DNA of 64,000 nt from Octopus vulgaris. Lineage: Eukaryota. The position numbers and the translations under genes were made by a program. This document shows positions 1 through 11,779 of this stretch, in pieces (the stretch's first letter is position 1; the number at the start of each line of letters is the position of its first letter). Location: the NCBI GenBank assembly GCA_951406725.2, contig OX597825.1:57598001-57662000 (forward strand). Direction: 5' to 3'. Under the pieces are notes generated by a model, which was not told where the DNA came from, did not search any database, and was given only the letters and a program-made list of their open reading frames with translations.

Positions 1-373
1 TTGGAGTTCTTCATAGAAAATTTGAAATAAATTTATTTTCTATATTCTTAATCATATTTTCCCACGTAGGTTGAAAAAATTTTTTTTAAAAAGTTAAAAA
101 TTTAAATTTTGAGAGGAGTGGGTAATAAAAAATTTTGAAAACATGGTATTTTGCATATTCGGAATCTTCGTCAGCGTAAACAGGAATCCGCTGAAAAAAA
201 ATCAAATCGGAAGGGTCGTATGAGGGGAGGGGCTACAACACCCTATATACGGCAAGGGTCAAAATTTGACTCCCTCAGAGCCTTCCCCGGTAATGAAAAA
301 ACTTCATACCAAATTTGGTACAGATTGATCCGGCTGTTTGGCCGTGCATAGAGGACACACACACAGACAGACA

Positions 374-447
<74 letters not shown>

Positions 448-478
448 TACACACACAGAGTGAATTTTATATGTATAA
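1..478 (-). mobile_element. Non-autonomous Helitron/Helentron-like (HINE-like) element end with internal (CA)n microsatellite
   Basis: CCAAATTTGGTACAGATTGATCCGGCTGTTTGGCCGTGCATAGAGGACA followed by (GACA)/(CA)n and ending GAATTTTATATGTATA resembles the DINE-1/HINE-type terminus. Family assignment is by pattern recognition only. Confidence 0.5.
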
Positions 479-483
479 ATCAT

Positions 484-596
484 CTGCCATCCATCACCAT
501 GTGGTGAACTCGACCAATGTTTTCCTTGAGGTGGCAGTTGCAAGACATCGAGACCTTGGGTCATCTTCAAGATACTCCCGTCCCCTCTTTGCGGAA
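484..596 (-). pseudogene. mariner transposase N-terminal fragment
   Basis: Minus strand reads KRGREYLEDDPRSRCLATATS, the mariner HTH linker (EDDPRSGRP). Similar to 1980-2118. Confidence 0.7.
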
Positions 597-1042
597 AAAG
601 ACGACGACGACGACGACGATGATGACGATGACGATGACGACGACGAATAATAATAATAATAATAATTAAATATTTCAAACCCAAAGCTAGTCGCAGTCGA
701 TTTCATTGCTATCGGTTCACGGAACTTAGCATAGATGTATTTATCAATGGACGTTATTTCCTATTATCATTATTGGTTTTGTAAATGGTGGCTCTAATAA
801 TCGTGCTTTATCTAAATGCAAAGTAGCTAAAATAGGAAAAGGAAGAGAGGTTGCAGAAACACTAGATGTTTACCTCAAATGATACGGCACATATCGTTCT
901 TCTAGTCACGCTCTTATCTATATTAATACATGCTTTTTCCTTTGAGATTTCGTGGAATTCAAATCAGTTTCTAAGTAAGTGACAATGCTTCTTTGTTTCC
1001 AAACAATTCCAGACATTTGTGAATATTTGTAGTGAGTTTGCG

Positions 1043-1093
<51 letters not shown>

Positions 1094-1294
1094 CCAAATG
1101 CATGAGTGTTTGTGAATACACTTGCGTTGATGTAATAAGTGTGAAGGGTTCTTTAGAACAAGAGTATGATTCTTTCCTTTTGATATAGAACTATAACGTG
1201 TGTGTATGTATATGTGTGTATGTGTATGTATGTGTGTTTGTGTATGTGTGTGTGTGGATGTATGTACGCTTTGTGTGTAAGTGTGTCCACAATA

Positions 1295-2424
1295 TACGAG
1301 AATCGGCTGAAAAGTTCATAGAATGATCAAGATACTTTCATGGAATGTGACCAAATGGGGTTTATTTTTCAACTTAGTCCTCCTTACGGTCCACGCGCTT
1401 CTTCCGCCGGTGTTGTAGTGCTTAGATCCTATTGGTGAAGACGCTTTCCCCATGTTGGTAAAAAAAGTCATAATCAGATGGGGCCAAATCAAGAGAATCA
1501 ACCAGTTAAAAGACACAGCCACGCATGGATGCCATTTTTGTACTGGAGCATTGTTCTTATGAAGTTTTCCTGGCCGTTTGATCTTGATAACTTTTCGTAA
1601 TTTCCTCGACTCTTTGAGTAATAATCACAGTGCGTTTTGCATCCAACAAAACTGAGGTTATCATCTTCACCTTGACCTTCTTTAGAGCAGGTGAATGGGG
1701 GTGTTTCCATAGCATGGATTGTCTCTTTGTCTCTGGCTCAAAATGATGAACCTAACACTCATCCTGGGTTAGGAAACATTCAAGAAAACTAGCTGGATCT
1801 GCCTGAAGCAATGTCAGATTTTCCTGTGATGTGATTAGTCTGGTACGCTTTTGATCAGATGTCATAAGACATGGCATCCACTGAGTAGATACCACGTCAT
1901 GCCAAGTTCGTTGTGCAGAATATTCTCAACTCTCTCTCTCTCGATATGCTAAAAGCATTGGCTATTTGATTTATAGACAACTGTCTGTCATGCATACAGT
2001 GGGTATGATGAATACGATCAATGTTTCCTTTGGTTGTGACAGTTGCAGGACGTTTAGACCTAGGGTCATCTTCAAGAATTTCCCATCCCCTCCTAAATTC
2101 AGTTGCCCATTCTTGCACTGTTGATAAAGCTGGAGCGTCATCCTCTAATGTAGCAATGATGTTAGAACCAATGTCATTGGTAGGGGCTAAACCATTTTCT
2201 GTAGGTACTTGATAACATCCCGATACTAAATTTTGTTCATTTTCAAGAGAAGTCTCGTTACTATTTATCTTCGAAGTCTTTCTTGAACAGTTAGATGTCA
2301 GTTTACCTGGAAAGAAACACTGTAGTTGTTGATAAGAGGAGATGAAATTAATGCATGCAAGTTTTCACATCTGTAGCACCACTTCTTCATAGTCATCCTA
2401 TGAACTTTTCAGTCCACCCACGTA
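1295..2424 (-). mobile_element. Degenerate near-full-length mariner element
   Basis: Imperfect TIRs TACGAGAATCGGCTGAAAAGTTCATAGAATGA / TCATCCTATGAACTTTTCAGTCCACCCACGTA. Broken transposase with WATEFRRG..LEDDPRSKRP and DSLDLAPSDY (YSPDLAPSDY-like) motifs. Confidence 0.85.
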
Positions 2425-2536
2425 CACGCATATGATTATGTTCCCTTATGAAAACTAAAATGGACAACTGTTAGAACGTTATGTAAATTTGTGTGGAATC
2501 GTCGTCATCGTCAGCGGCATTTTATCGTGTGTCCTC

Positions 2537-2730
2537 TTTTACTCTTTTACTTGTTTCAGTCGTCATTTGACTGTGGTCATGCTGGAGCACCACCTTTAGT
2601 CGAGCAAATCGACCCCAAGACTTATTCTATCGGGCTCTTTTGTCGAACCGCTAAGTTACGGGGACGTAAGCACACCAGCATCGGTTGTCAAATGATGTTG
2701 GGGGGACAAACACAGACACACAAATATATA
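2537..2730 (-). mobile_element. SINE family A, 3' half
   Basis: Matches the full copy at 11372-11779, including the GGTGCTCCAGCATG..CAGTCAAATGAC tail. Confidence 0.85.
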
Positions 2731-2766
2731 CACACACATACATACATACATACATACATACATACA

Positions 2767-2802
<36 letters not shown>

Positions 2803-2813
2803 TGTCCAATAAT

Positions 2814-3400
2814 TTATTTGGTTTCTTCTTGATCGCTTCTTCCCCTCTGTCCGTTATTATGCCTCTGGTGACTAAAGAGGCCAATTCTTGCATGGAAGTG
2901 TCTATTGCAAAGTTTACAAGGGATCCATGGTTGAGGCTTTGGTTGTTGCATCTTCCATTTTCTTTCTTGTCGTTTCTCTTCTTTCCTCAGTCGTTCAGCT
3001 TCAAAATTATCTGTCACTGTGGAGATGGAATGATGCCAGCCGGGCCTGTACTGATCTTCAATGTCCCAGGCTTTGGGATAGATTCTAGTCAGTTTTAGTC
3101 TTTGCTTCAGCTGGTCCTTGTATCGACGGAGGGGACAGCCACGGAGTCTTCTTCCGCTGGAAAGTTCACCATATAAAATTTGACGAGGCAACCTGGTCTC
3201 TTTCATTCTTGCTACGTGGCCAACCAATCTCAGACTATGTTTTAGGATGGTGGCCTCGATGCTGCTGCTTTTCGTTCTATCTAAAACGGAGACACCAGTC
3301 ACATAGTCATTTTATTTGATATTCATAATAGAGTGGAGCTTCTGTTGGTGAAATCGCTCTGATTGTTTGATGTCACTTCGGTAAAGAGTCCAGGTTTCAC
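2814..3400 (-). mobile_element. RTE-clade LINE ORF2 C-terminus (5'-truncated)
   Basis: ETWTLY.., LRLVGHVARMKETRLPRQILYGEL..GRR..G.P.RRYKDQLK, and a terminal C2H2 finger CKLCNRHFHARIGLFSHQRH. Confidence 0.9.
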
Positions 3401-3633
3401 AACCCTAAAGGAAAGTAGAGATCACGTCTGCTTGGTAGACACTCCATTTTACTTGATTGTTCATAAAGACCCTTTTCGCGAGTCCACCAAATGTGGTGGA
3501 AGCCACTCTTAATGGGTTCGCTACGTTCTTTTTCGATGTGCACTTGTTCGAAAGCAAACTTCCAAAGTTTGAAAATTCTTATGACGTCAACAATATATAT
3601 ATGTAGATAAAAATAAATTAATATATATATATA

Positions 3634-3861
3634 CATGGTGGCTCAAAAGTGGGTTTACAGTTATTCAACTGTCTCTTTCGCATTCATATATTAACATTTA
3701 GATCTTAATTATAAAACATATGAAACCATTATTCTATGCTAATTTAGTTAATTTTGTCAAGCCCCGTTTTCAGTTTGTAAGATAGAAATTTAAACGTAAT
3801 AAAATGTTTTAAAAGAAATTAAGTGCCTACGTGATAACTGTAAACCTACTTTTGGGTCATC

Positions 3862-3864
<3 letters not shown>
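3634..3864. mobile_element. Tc1/mariner-type MITE (231 bp)
   Basis: About 31-bp imperfect TIRs CATGGTGGCTCAAAAGTGGGTTTACAGTTAT / ATAACTGTAAACCTACTTTTGGGTCATCCTG, with TA on both flanks and no ORF. Confidence 0.8.
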
Positions 3865-3895
<31 letters not shown>

Positions 3896-3898
<3 letters not shown>

Positions 3899-4050
3899 GG
3901 AATGTTTTTTACAGGGCTTAGAAAAACTGAATGACTGCTGCAGTAAGTGTGTGAATCTGAGAGGTAAATATGTTGCATAAAATCATAATTAACTAATCCT
4001 CCTGTATCTTCTTTCCCCCAAAGCCAGGAAGTTTTCAGCACTCCGTCGTA
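3896..4050 (+). mobile_element. mariner 3' end fragment with right TIR
   Basis: FLQGLEKLNDCCSKCVNLRGKYVA* resembles the mariner C-terminus (W.KC....G.Y). Ends AAGCCAGGAAGTTTTCAGCACTCCGTCGTA. Confidence 0.65.
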
Positions 4051-4199
4051 TACTATATAAATGCGACTACTGTATGTGGTTATATATGAGTGCTTATCCC
4101 CGAAAACTGAAACGGTGCGTTCTCGAGAAGAAACGAATTTCATTTTCGAAATCGGCGTCACGAATAGAATACTGATGGGAACTATATAATTTTCTACAA

Positions 4200-4430
4200 G
4201 GCGGCGAGCTGGCAGAAACGTTAGCACACTGGACAAAATGCTTAGAGGTATTTCGCCCGTCGCTACGTACTGAGTTCAAATTCCACCGAGGTCGACTTTG
4301 CCTTTCATCCTTTCGGGGTCGATAAATTAAGTACCAGTTACGCACTGGGGTTGATGTATTCGACTTAATCCGTTTGTCTGTCCTTGTTTGACCTCTCTGT
4401 GTCTAGCCCCTTGTGGGTAGTAAAGAAATA
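4200..4430 (+). mobile_element. SINE family B (tRNA-derived)
   Basis: A-box-like TGGCAGAAACG, B-box GAGTTCAAATTCC, central GTCGACTTTGCCTTTCATCCTTTCGGGGTCGATAAATTAAGTACCAG. At least 9 related copies in the window. Confidence 0.9.
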
Positions 4431-5499
4431 TATATAATTTTCTACGAGAAAAATCTCAACTTTTAGATTTACAAATCTCCTACTCTCTATCTGTCACGTC
4501 GATCTCGCTCTCTCACTATAATTTACCACACTTTTCATCACTTTTTCTCTGTGTATATATATTATCCCTCACGCATTACTGTCATTTTGTTTAAAACTTT
4601 GATTTCTTATGTTTATTTACATTTTAACACATCTATAACGTAAAAATCCTGTTTTCTGATTGGATAAAAAATAATTAAGCTTTAAACCTCTGTAACATTT
4701 TTCTAAATTTTTCCTGGAATATATCAATCGCAAACTCGGATTCTGTGTGACAAAATACAGCAGTATACTAAATAATAAATGGGGAGAAAATATTTAAAAG
4801 ACATCCATACATGTGACAAAGAAACGAGGAAGGTACCAGGTGATCATGAGATGTGTTAGAAAAAACAGCTAAATCTCCCTTAAATTATACACTTTTTCGC
4901 CTGAAAAATAATTTGAAATAAACTAATTGGAGATTCAGACTATTCGTATTTTAAAACTATGAATGAAAAGAATTTCTAAAACAAAAAAAAAGGCAGAAAT
5001 TTTCGGATTTATGAGGAAGCGATGTTAATGGAAAATGAATAAACAATTTCACTATTGTTTTAAATTGCGTTTCATTTTCATTTTTTGGTTTGAAAATAGA
5101 GGAAGTGAGGATTATAATGATGAGCGCTGATTTCCAATTTTTTTTTTAATCTTCAAGGCTTCTCTCATCATTTTTATGTGCGTAGTTAAAAAAACAAGTA
5201 GTCAAAATCAGTACTGAGTGGAGGAGGGGTATTTGAAAAAATTCATAAATTTTGAGAAATTTTTTAACCGGAAAATGTTTCTCTTTGTTTTAAAGTGCGT
5301 ACTGGAAAAAAAAAAAGTTGAACAAAATCGTTCCGGAATAAATTTTCACAAATATTTTTTTATAAAAAAAAACTTCCCCTCTTCATTTGCAAGGATGTGG
5401 GGAAAAAATTTGAAAAATTTCCGTGAAAACGAAGAAAATCCAACCTATGTGGGCGTGCTATTCCGAAAGTGTGCCAAGGCAACGACAGGATACCCAGTT

Positions 5500-5557
<58 letters not shown>

Positions 5558-5783
5558 CACACACACAGGTACTCATGCACGTGCATCCTCTTCTTCCCAC
5601 TTATGAAAGCTCCTCAGACAACAATGGATTATTACAATCTCAACGCACACTTCACACCATGAACGGTTGGTGCTGATAAACACTCCTTGTCTTGAACAGA
5701 ACTGAAAGTGCTTCCAGGATATTCACTGACATACACACACTTATACACATACATGAGGCTACATACAGATATACATTTATATA

Positions 5784-5817
<34 letters not shown>

Positions 5818-5887
5818 TACATACATACATACATACATACATACATACACGTATATAAGTTTGTATGTATGTATATATACAAGGAAG

Positions 5888-5918
<31 letters not shown>

Positions 5919-6399
5919 TACATAATACTTATATACATATACGTATACATATAAATATATATGTGTATATATATGTGTGTGTGTGTATGTATTTATGTAT
6001 GTGTGTGTGTATGCATATGCTGATGATGACGAATTTTCCCCGGAGAACAACATTTGAGCATTGAGTAAACAAGTGTCCCGTATCATCCGTTTCCTCATTT
6101 CTGTCACCTGGATTTCATCAGAAAACTATAGTAAAAAAAATGTAAAAAAAAAACAAAAAAACCTAAAAAACTTTATCGCTGAATAACCAGCATAAAGAAT
6201 TTGTTTTAAGAGGAATTTGAGCAGAACTTATTCCAATCTCTTTTTATTGAGTGCAGACAGTCAAGAAGGAGTGCACACTGTGTTTTTTACATAGAAAAGA
6301 AAGAAAAAAAAATGAGAATAGGCGCATGCTGAGAGAAGGGTAGGAATACGAAACCCAAACAGTTTGATGCTAATCTTCATAAACTGATAATATGCTTTC

Positions 6400-6545
6400 T
6401 ACTTTTGATGCAAGGCTGTAGTTTTGACGGGAGGGGAATAATTGATCACACCGACACCAGTACTTGATTGGTGCGTTATTTTTCGACCCAGAAAGGATAA
6501 AAGTCAAAGACAAGTTCGGCAGGATTTTATCCCATAATGTAATGG
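6400..6545 (-). mobile_element. Degenerate SINE family B fragment
   Basis: TCGACCCAGAAAGGATAAAAGTCAAAG matches the family B central domain with many substitutions. Confidence 0.6.
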
Positions 6546-6589
6546 GAGGGTCGTGGGTGTAAAGTTGTCAGGTACATCCTTTATAACAC

Positions 6590-6775
6590 CCTATAGACTT
6601 TCTAGAAGGATTATGAAGCACGATCAACTGAATCAAAGGATATTCTCAATACATCTCGTTCTTGGTCTACCTTTAGGTATCATGTGGTTAGCTCGGGTTG
6701 AAGAAACCCTCTTGCGATTCTTTCCTGCGATATTCTTATGACGTCCAAAGTACCGGGGCTGTGACCTTGCAATGT
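6590..6775 (-). pseudogene. Highly degenerate RTE-type LINE C-terminal fragment
   Basis: RYFGRH...PKGRPRTRCIENI resembles the RTE motif LRYFGH...RPRGRP..RW.DNI. Confidence 0.45.
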
Positions 6776-6839
6776 GAAGTAGCGGCTCATACAAACATGC
6801 ATACATGCATGCATACATACATACAAACATACATACATG

Positions 6840-7262
6840 TATTATTATTATGGCTGCCCCCTCGTTATCGAGTATGGCCATTGCACGAAGCTTAACTGTC
6901 ACTGGTGCTGTGATCGAATGTGACTTTTTAGCCCAGCTAAAGATCTACAATGTCTTGTACAAAATTGGCAACTAAAACCTTTACTGGTAATAGCCTGATG
7001 TAGTTGTAACTGGGCTTCATGTACCTTTGCATGTTGTTTAAGTCCTCCTGCCGAATTACACTCTCTTCCACATGCCCGACAGATATGATTAGTATGGTGT
7101 GTTACACCACCACCAGTGGCCAGGTTGTCACTCATCTGTCTCGTTTTATGACTACAAAGATGACTCATGAGTCCAGCTTTACTGAGGCAGGGTCTTGCAC
7201 AGACATTGCATTTCAGAATCAAAAGAGGACCCTTCCCTTCTGGAAGTGTAACAGCTATGCCC
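6840..7262 (-). mobile_element. LINE-like 3' end (probably RTE) encoding three tandem C2H2 zinc fingers
   Basis: CNVC..KAGLMSHLCSH, CRAC..AGGLKQHAKVH, CQFC..LAGLKSHIRSQH*, then a short 3' UTR with a CTCG-ATAA-CGAG hairpin and a (TAA)n tail. Flanked by (TACA)n-type repeats. Confidence 0.7.
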
Positions 7263-7660
7263 TTCATACATACATACATACATACATACATACATACATA
7301 CATACATACATACATACGTACATACGTACATACATACATACATGTGTTTGCGCACACGCACTTTTGCAAGGTCACTGTTGTCTACCTTGGCACCCACGTC
7401 TCCAGCCACTTCCTTCCAGTCAATTCAACATGTAGCACCGTTAATTCCGACATATTTTGCTTCAAACATGTTGTCTCTCCCCATTTGTTTTCTCTTCTCT
7501 TTCCTTTCTGCAGAAGAGCGTAAGCCGGAAGCGATAAAGACTTCTATTCTTCCTGAATGTTAAGCTAGTGTACTCTATTGTTATTTCTCTTGTTTCTGTA
7601 TTTTTTTAGGTAATTTTTTTAACTATGTACATACATGTGTGTATGTATGTGTGTGTGTGT

Positions 7661-7690
<30 letters not shown>

Positions 7691-7694
<4 letters not shown>

Positions 7695-7937
7695 AATAAA
7701 TGCGCCCTTTTAAAGCCTAGCCAGGCTCATGGGCCCAGTTTCCCGGTTTCTATGGCGTATGTGTTCCCCAGCTGGACAGGACGCTAGTCCATCGCAGCGT
7801 TACTCATTTTTGCCAGCTGAGTGGATTGGAGCAACGCGAAATGAAGTGTTTTGCTCAAGAACACAACGCGTCGCCCGCTCCAGAAATCGAAACCACAATC
7901 TTACGATCATGGTGCTAGCCACTAAGCCACGCACCTC

Positions 7938-7940
<3 letters not shown>
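7691..7940 (-). mobile_element. SINE family C (tRNA head, V-domain-like 3' part)
   Basis: Reverse complement of the 14262-14510 copy. Has A/B boxes and a GCGATGGACT.GCGTCC.GTCCAG module. Confidence 0.9.
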
Positions 7941-7987
<47 letters not shown>

Positions 7988-8128
7988 TATGCAATCGTTA
8001 CTAAAGTGGCTAAGGGTGCAAATCAGTACCAGCATTGCTAGAAATAAGAGTCAAAACAACTCTTAGCCACGGGCAAAACACTTATCTGTTGATTGACAAG
8101 GGTGACAACTTTCCTACAGCAAACGAGG

Positions 8129-8180
8129 AGTGGCAGATCATCGATGATTTCGGAAAGAATTAAGCCTCATCAGTGACACT
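8129..8180 (-). ncRNA. Type I hammerhead ribozyme-like motif (minimal stem II)
   Basis: Minus strand AGTGTCA-CTGATGA-GG..11 nt..CC-GAAA-TCATCGATGA-TC-TGCCACT. Stem I 6/7 pairs, palindromic stem III, AUC triplet. Confidence 0.6.
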
Positions 8181-8275
8181 TGCCTAGGGTTAAATTGAAC
8201 TCGCCATGGCAGTTTATAGAAAATACCATAGGAATCAATGGCTGATTCGGTAAAATGGTCAAGTGAAAATTATTA

Positions 8276-8733
8276 ATTATTAAGGTGGCTATTAGCAATT
8301 TAAAAATCAAAAGGCATAAGTACAATCTTCACTGTGGAGGCGCAATGGTCCAGTGGTTAGGGCAGCGGACTCGTGGTCGGAGGATCGCGGTTTCGATTCA
8401 GTGACCGGGGCGTTGTGTGTGTGTAATGAGCGAAAACACCTAAAGCTCCACGAGGCTCTGGCAGGGAGTGGTGGCAACCCCAGTTGTACTCTTTCGCCCC
8501 AACTTTCTCTCACTCTTTCTCCTGTTTCTTGGCGTCCCGTCCAGCTGGGGGGGGGGGCATATACACCACAGAAACCAGGAAACCGGGTCCATGAGCCTGG
8601 CTAGGCTTGAAAAGGGTGCAAAAGCAAAAACAAACAATCTTCACTAAAGTGACTAAGGATGAAAATCAGCACTTTAGTGACAATTGAACCTGTGCCTTCT
8701 GGCTTTTAAATTGCAAATAGCCACCTTAATAAT
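8276..8733. mobile_element. Short palindromic (foldback/MITE-like) element interrupted by a SINE
   Basis: ATTATTAAGGTGGCTATTAGCAATTTAAAA..AAGGCA at 8276 is inverted at 8683-8733. Inner arms CACTAAAGTG/CACTTTAGTG. Confidence 0.65.
8334..8633 (+). mobile_element. SINE family D head with family C tail
   Basis: tRNA-like head GGAGGCGCAATGGTCCAGTGGTTAG..GGTTTCGATT. 12-bp TSD ACAATCTTCACT (8322-8333 / 8634-8645). Confidence 0.9.
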
Positions 8734-9383
8734 ACACACTCACGTTCACTTTCTCTTTTCAATTTAGAATGAAGTTTGACCCGCCACCCGTTTGGTAGCA
8801 AGGTTATAAACGAAAGCATCTTGTTCATCATCTTAAGGTCTTACAGATTTTTATAGTCCTAGATATTGTGATCACGTGTAGTGCTTCAATCAAGGATTTG
8901 CATTTCCCCCCAAGAACCCAAGTTAAGCGATACTTTTCTCCAGACGGGTTGATACGTATCCTGTTGCTCTAAAAATAATAGGTATGAAGCTGAAGGTGTC
9001 TCTTGGGTTCTGAATTTGCAAACTCCTTTATGTATGTATGTATGTATGTATGTATGTATGTATGTATGTATGTATGTATGTATGTATGTATGTATGTATG
9101 TGTCCATGCGTATGTGTGCGTATGCTTACATGTATGCATGTGAACCGCAGGAATGTTTACATCTACTGTAAACAACACAGCGAGCTTACGAAGTTTCTGT
9201 CTACTCAGTTTCAATTTTAAGGCTTCGGTCGACTCGAAGCCGCCGTGGGATAGAATCCATTATCACGTGACTACAAAGTAAACTTCTTAACCTAACTTCT
9301 TAATATATAATATATTCGCACAAACATCCTTGTAGACAAAATTTACAAACAAGCGGATGTACACGCGCGCCCCTTAGCACACA

Positions 9384-10286
9384 TGTGAGGTCTGATCAAT
9401 AGGTATCCGGTCTGTTGCCATAGTAACGAGGTTAAAGCACGCAGAGTAAAGCCGCTTGGAACAAATTGACCTTGAAGTCTACTGTGCATACGCACAACGT
9501 TTTAACGTTCTAGCTCACTTTTGCGGTTTACAGCAGTGCTTGGAAGGAACGTGTGTAGCGTCTGATCGTTGCATTGACCATGACAGAGAAAGTTGTCATA
9601 TCGATACCTGCTCAGAGGCCGACGCAATGTTACACAAAGTGTATGGAACGGAGTGTATGAGTCGCACACAAGTGTACGAGTGGTTCTGATGTTTCCAAGA
9701 TGGCCGAAAAAATGTCGATACTCACGAACGTTCTGGGAGACTTGCAGCCAGTAGAACAGAGTAAAACATCGCAGATGTGCGTGCAGCTCTGAAGGGAAAT
9801 CGTCGAATCACCATCCATTAGTTATCAGACGATGTGCAGATTAATTACGGTTCAGTTCAGTCCATTATCACTGAAGGTTTGGGTATGAGACGTGTATCTG
9901 CCAAGTTTTTGCCAAAACTGCTTTCAGCTGACCAAAAAGACACTCGGGTTTCAATTGCACAAGATCTCCTTGATTGTGTCGAGAACGATGAAAACTTTTT
10001 GAAAACTTTGTGTAGGTCTCTGAGCAAGTAAGACCAAACTTTTAGCAAAAAGAATTTGATGCAGATTCTCAGCTCAACTTTTTCTGTCGTGGTCAATGCG
10101 ACAGTTACACGCTACACACGTTCTTTCCAAGCATTGCTGCAAACAGCGAAAGCGAGCGAGAATGTTAAAACTCGGTACACAAGCACAGCAGGGTTCAAGG
10201 TCAATCTGTGTCAAGCGGCTTTATCCTGCATGTTTTAGCTTCGTTACTATGGCAACAGTCCGGATACTTATTGATCAGACCACGTA
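9384..10286 (+). mobile_element. Non-autonomous mariner with two inverted 5' ends
   Basis: Long inverted arms. Plus strand carries the N-terminal transposase (VYG..CMSRTQVYEWF, RRVSAKFLPKLLS.DQK). The right arm repeats the start region (MTTTEKVELRICIKF) on the minus strand. Confidence 0.9.
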
Positions 10287-10386
10287 TGTGAATGTTTGTG
10301 TACTGTTTCTACTATTCTTGCCGTGAAAAGTTTTATCACGTTCAACTTCAATCGTCCAAGTTTGCACGAATACACACATACACACA

Positions 10387-10442
<56 letters not shown>

Positions 10443-10899
10443 CTCTCTTTCTCTCTCTCTTACACACACTCTCAGATACACACATGCTTATACGTACGCA
10501 TGAATGTATGTATGTATGTATGTATGTATGTATGTATGTATGTATGTATGTATGTATGTATGTATTCAAGAGAGATAGAATATCCAGAACTGAAAAGGCA
10601 CCAAAATGCCGGATCGGCGCCATAAATATATAAATAGGGTGGTAAACAAAACTCGAAACCTACAGGAAGATTTTTCTCCCATCAAAACCGGATAAAGTTC
10701 TCACTAGAATCTTTTCCCCAAGAAATGAAAAGTAAACCTGAAGAAGTGACAGCAACGAGTCGTTTTGTATTATACTTAGAAGAGGCACAATGAAAGGTGT
10801 TTCGATGGTTAAATAGATAACTGAAGAGACAAAGATGCATTAAGTCGCCTTTCACTTCATCCTCTTTAAATTTGCCTGCGATTTGATCTGACGGAAGAC

Positions 10900-11350
10900 C
10901 CTATATAAGGCAACGACATCGATAAGTACAGACTTGAAAATAAGGAAAATTACAGAGATGCTATAGAGCAATACCCTGTGTGTCATGGTCATGGGTAGTC
11001 AGCTGATGGATTGGCATGAAGTATGCGTTAGTCTTAGAGACAAGATTGCATACTATTCCACACCCATTTTCAACAGCTTCCTGAAATTTGTCACGGAAGA
11101 ACCCGGATACTAATGTAAAATTCTAGCTCTCATTCATGTCCTCTCAACAAATAAAAAACATGTCCACGACACAATTCAAATATTAATAGTCTTTCATAAG
11201 CTGAAAATATCCACGAAATAGTAAAACAAAGAATGTAAAAAGTGAGTATGAAAATAAATGGTCATCAAAGCACCGAGCAAGATTACACTGAATAGTTTTG
11301 AAGTGGAGCATGTCAGAGTTTTTATTCTAAGTAGTATAGTACCAAATGAC
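10900..11350 (+). pseudogene. Very degenerate RTE-like reverse transcriptase fragment
   Basis: Frame-shifted remnants like QLMDWHEVCVSLR../PIFNSFLKF and VEHVRVFILSSIV resemble RTE RT motifs (GVRQGC.LSP.LFN; F.YLGS). Confidence 0.4.
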
Positions 11351-11371
11351 GTGAAATTACGGGTTTACCGA

Positions 11372-11586
11372 TACTCTTTTACTCTTTTACTTGTTTCAGT
11401 CATTTGACTGCGGCCATGCTGGAGCACCACCTTTAGTCGAGCAAAACGACCCCAGGACTTATTCTTTGGAAGCCCAGTACTTATTCTATCGGTCTCTTTT
11501 GCCGAACCGCTAAGTTACGGGGACGTAAACACACCACCATCGGTTATCAAGCAATGTTGGGGGAACAAATACAGGCACACAAACAT

Positions 11587-11623
<37 letters not shown>

Positions 11624-11779
11624 CGATGGGCTTCTTTCAGTTTCCGTTTACCCCAAATCCACTCGCAAGGCTTTGGTCGGCCCGAGGCTATAGTAGAAGA
11701 CACTTGCCCAAGGTACCACGCAGTGGGAATGAACCCGGAACCATGTGGTTGGTAAGCAAGCTACTTACCACACAGCCAC
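11372..11779 (-). mobile_element. SINE family A, full length
   Basis: Head TGTGGCTGTGTGGTAAG..GGTTCCGGGTTCATTCCC, internal (TA)/(TG) microsatellite, tail GGTGCTCCAGCATGGCCGCAGTCAAATGACTGAAACAAG(TAAAAGAG)n. Confidence 0.92.

Noticed and set aside
5430-5502. Helitron 3' terminus (GCAACGACAGGATACCCAGTTGGT)
   Set aside because: It resembles a hairpin-CTAG end, but CTAG is not intact and no matching 5' end could be linked.
8334-8410. tRNA genes at SINE heads (also 14262, 24490-24564, 48192)
   Set aside because: A/B boxes are present but the cloverleaf is imperfect and each continues into a SINE body.
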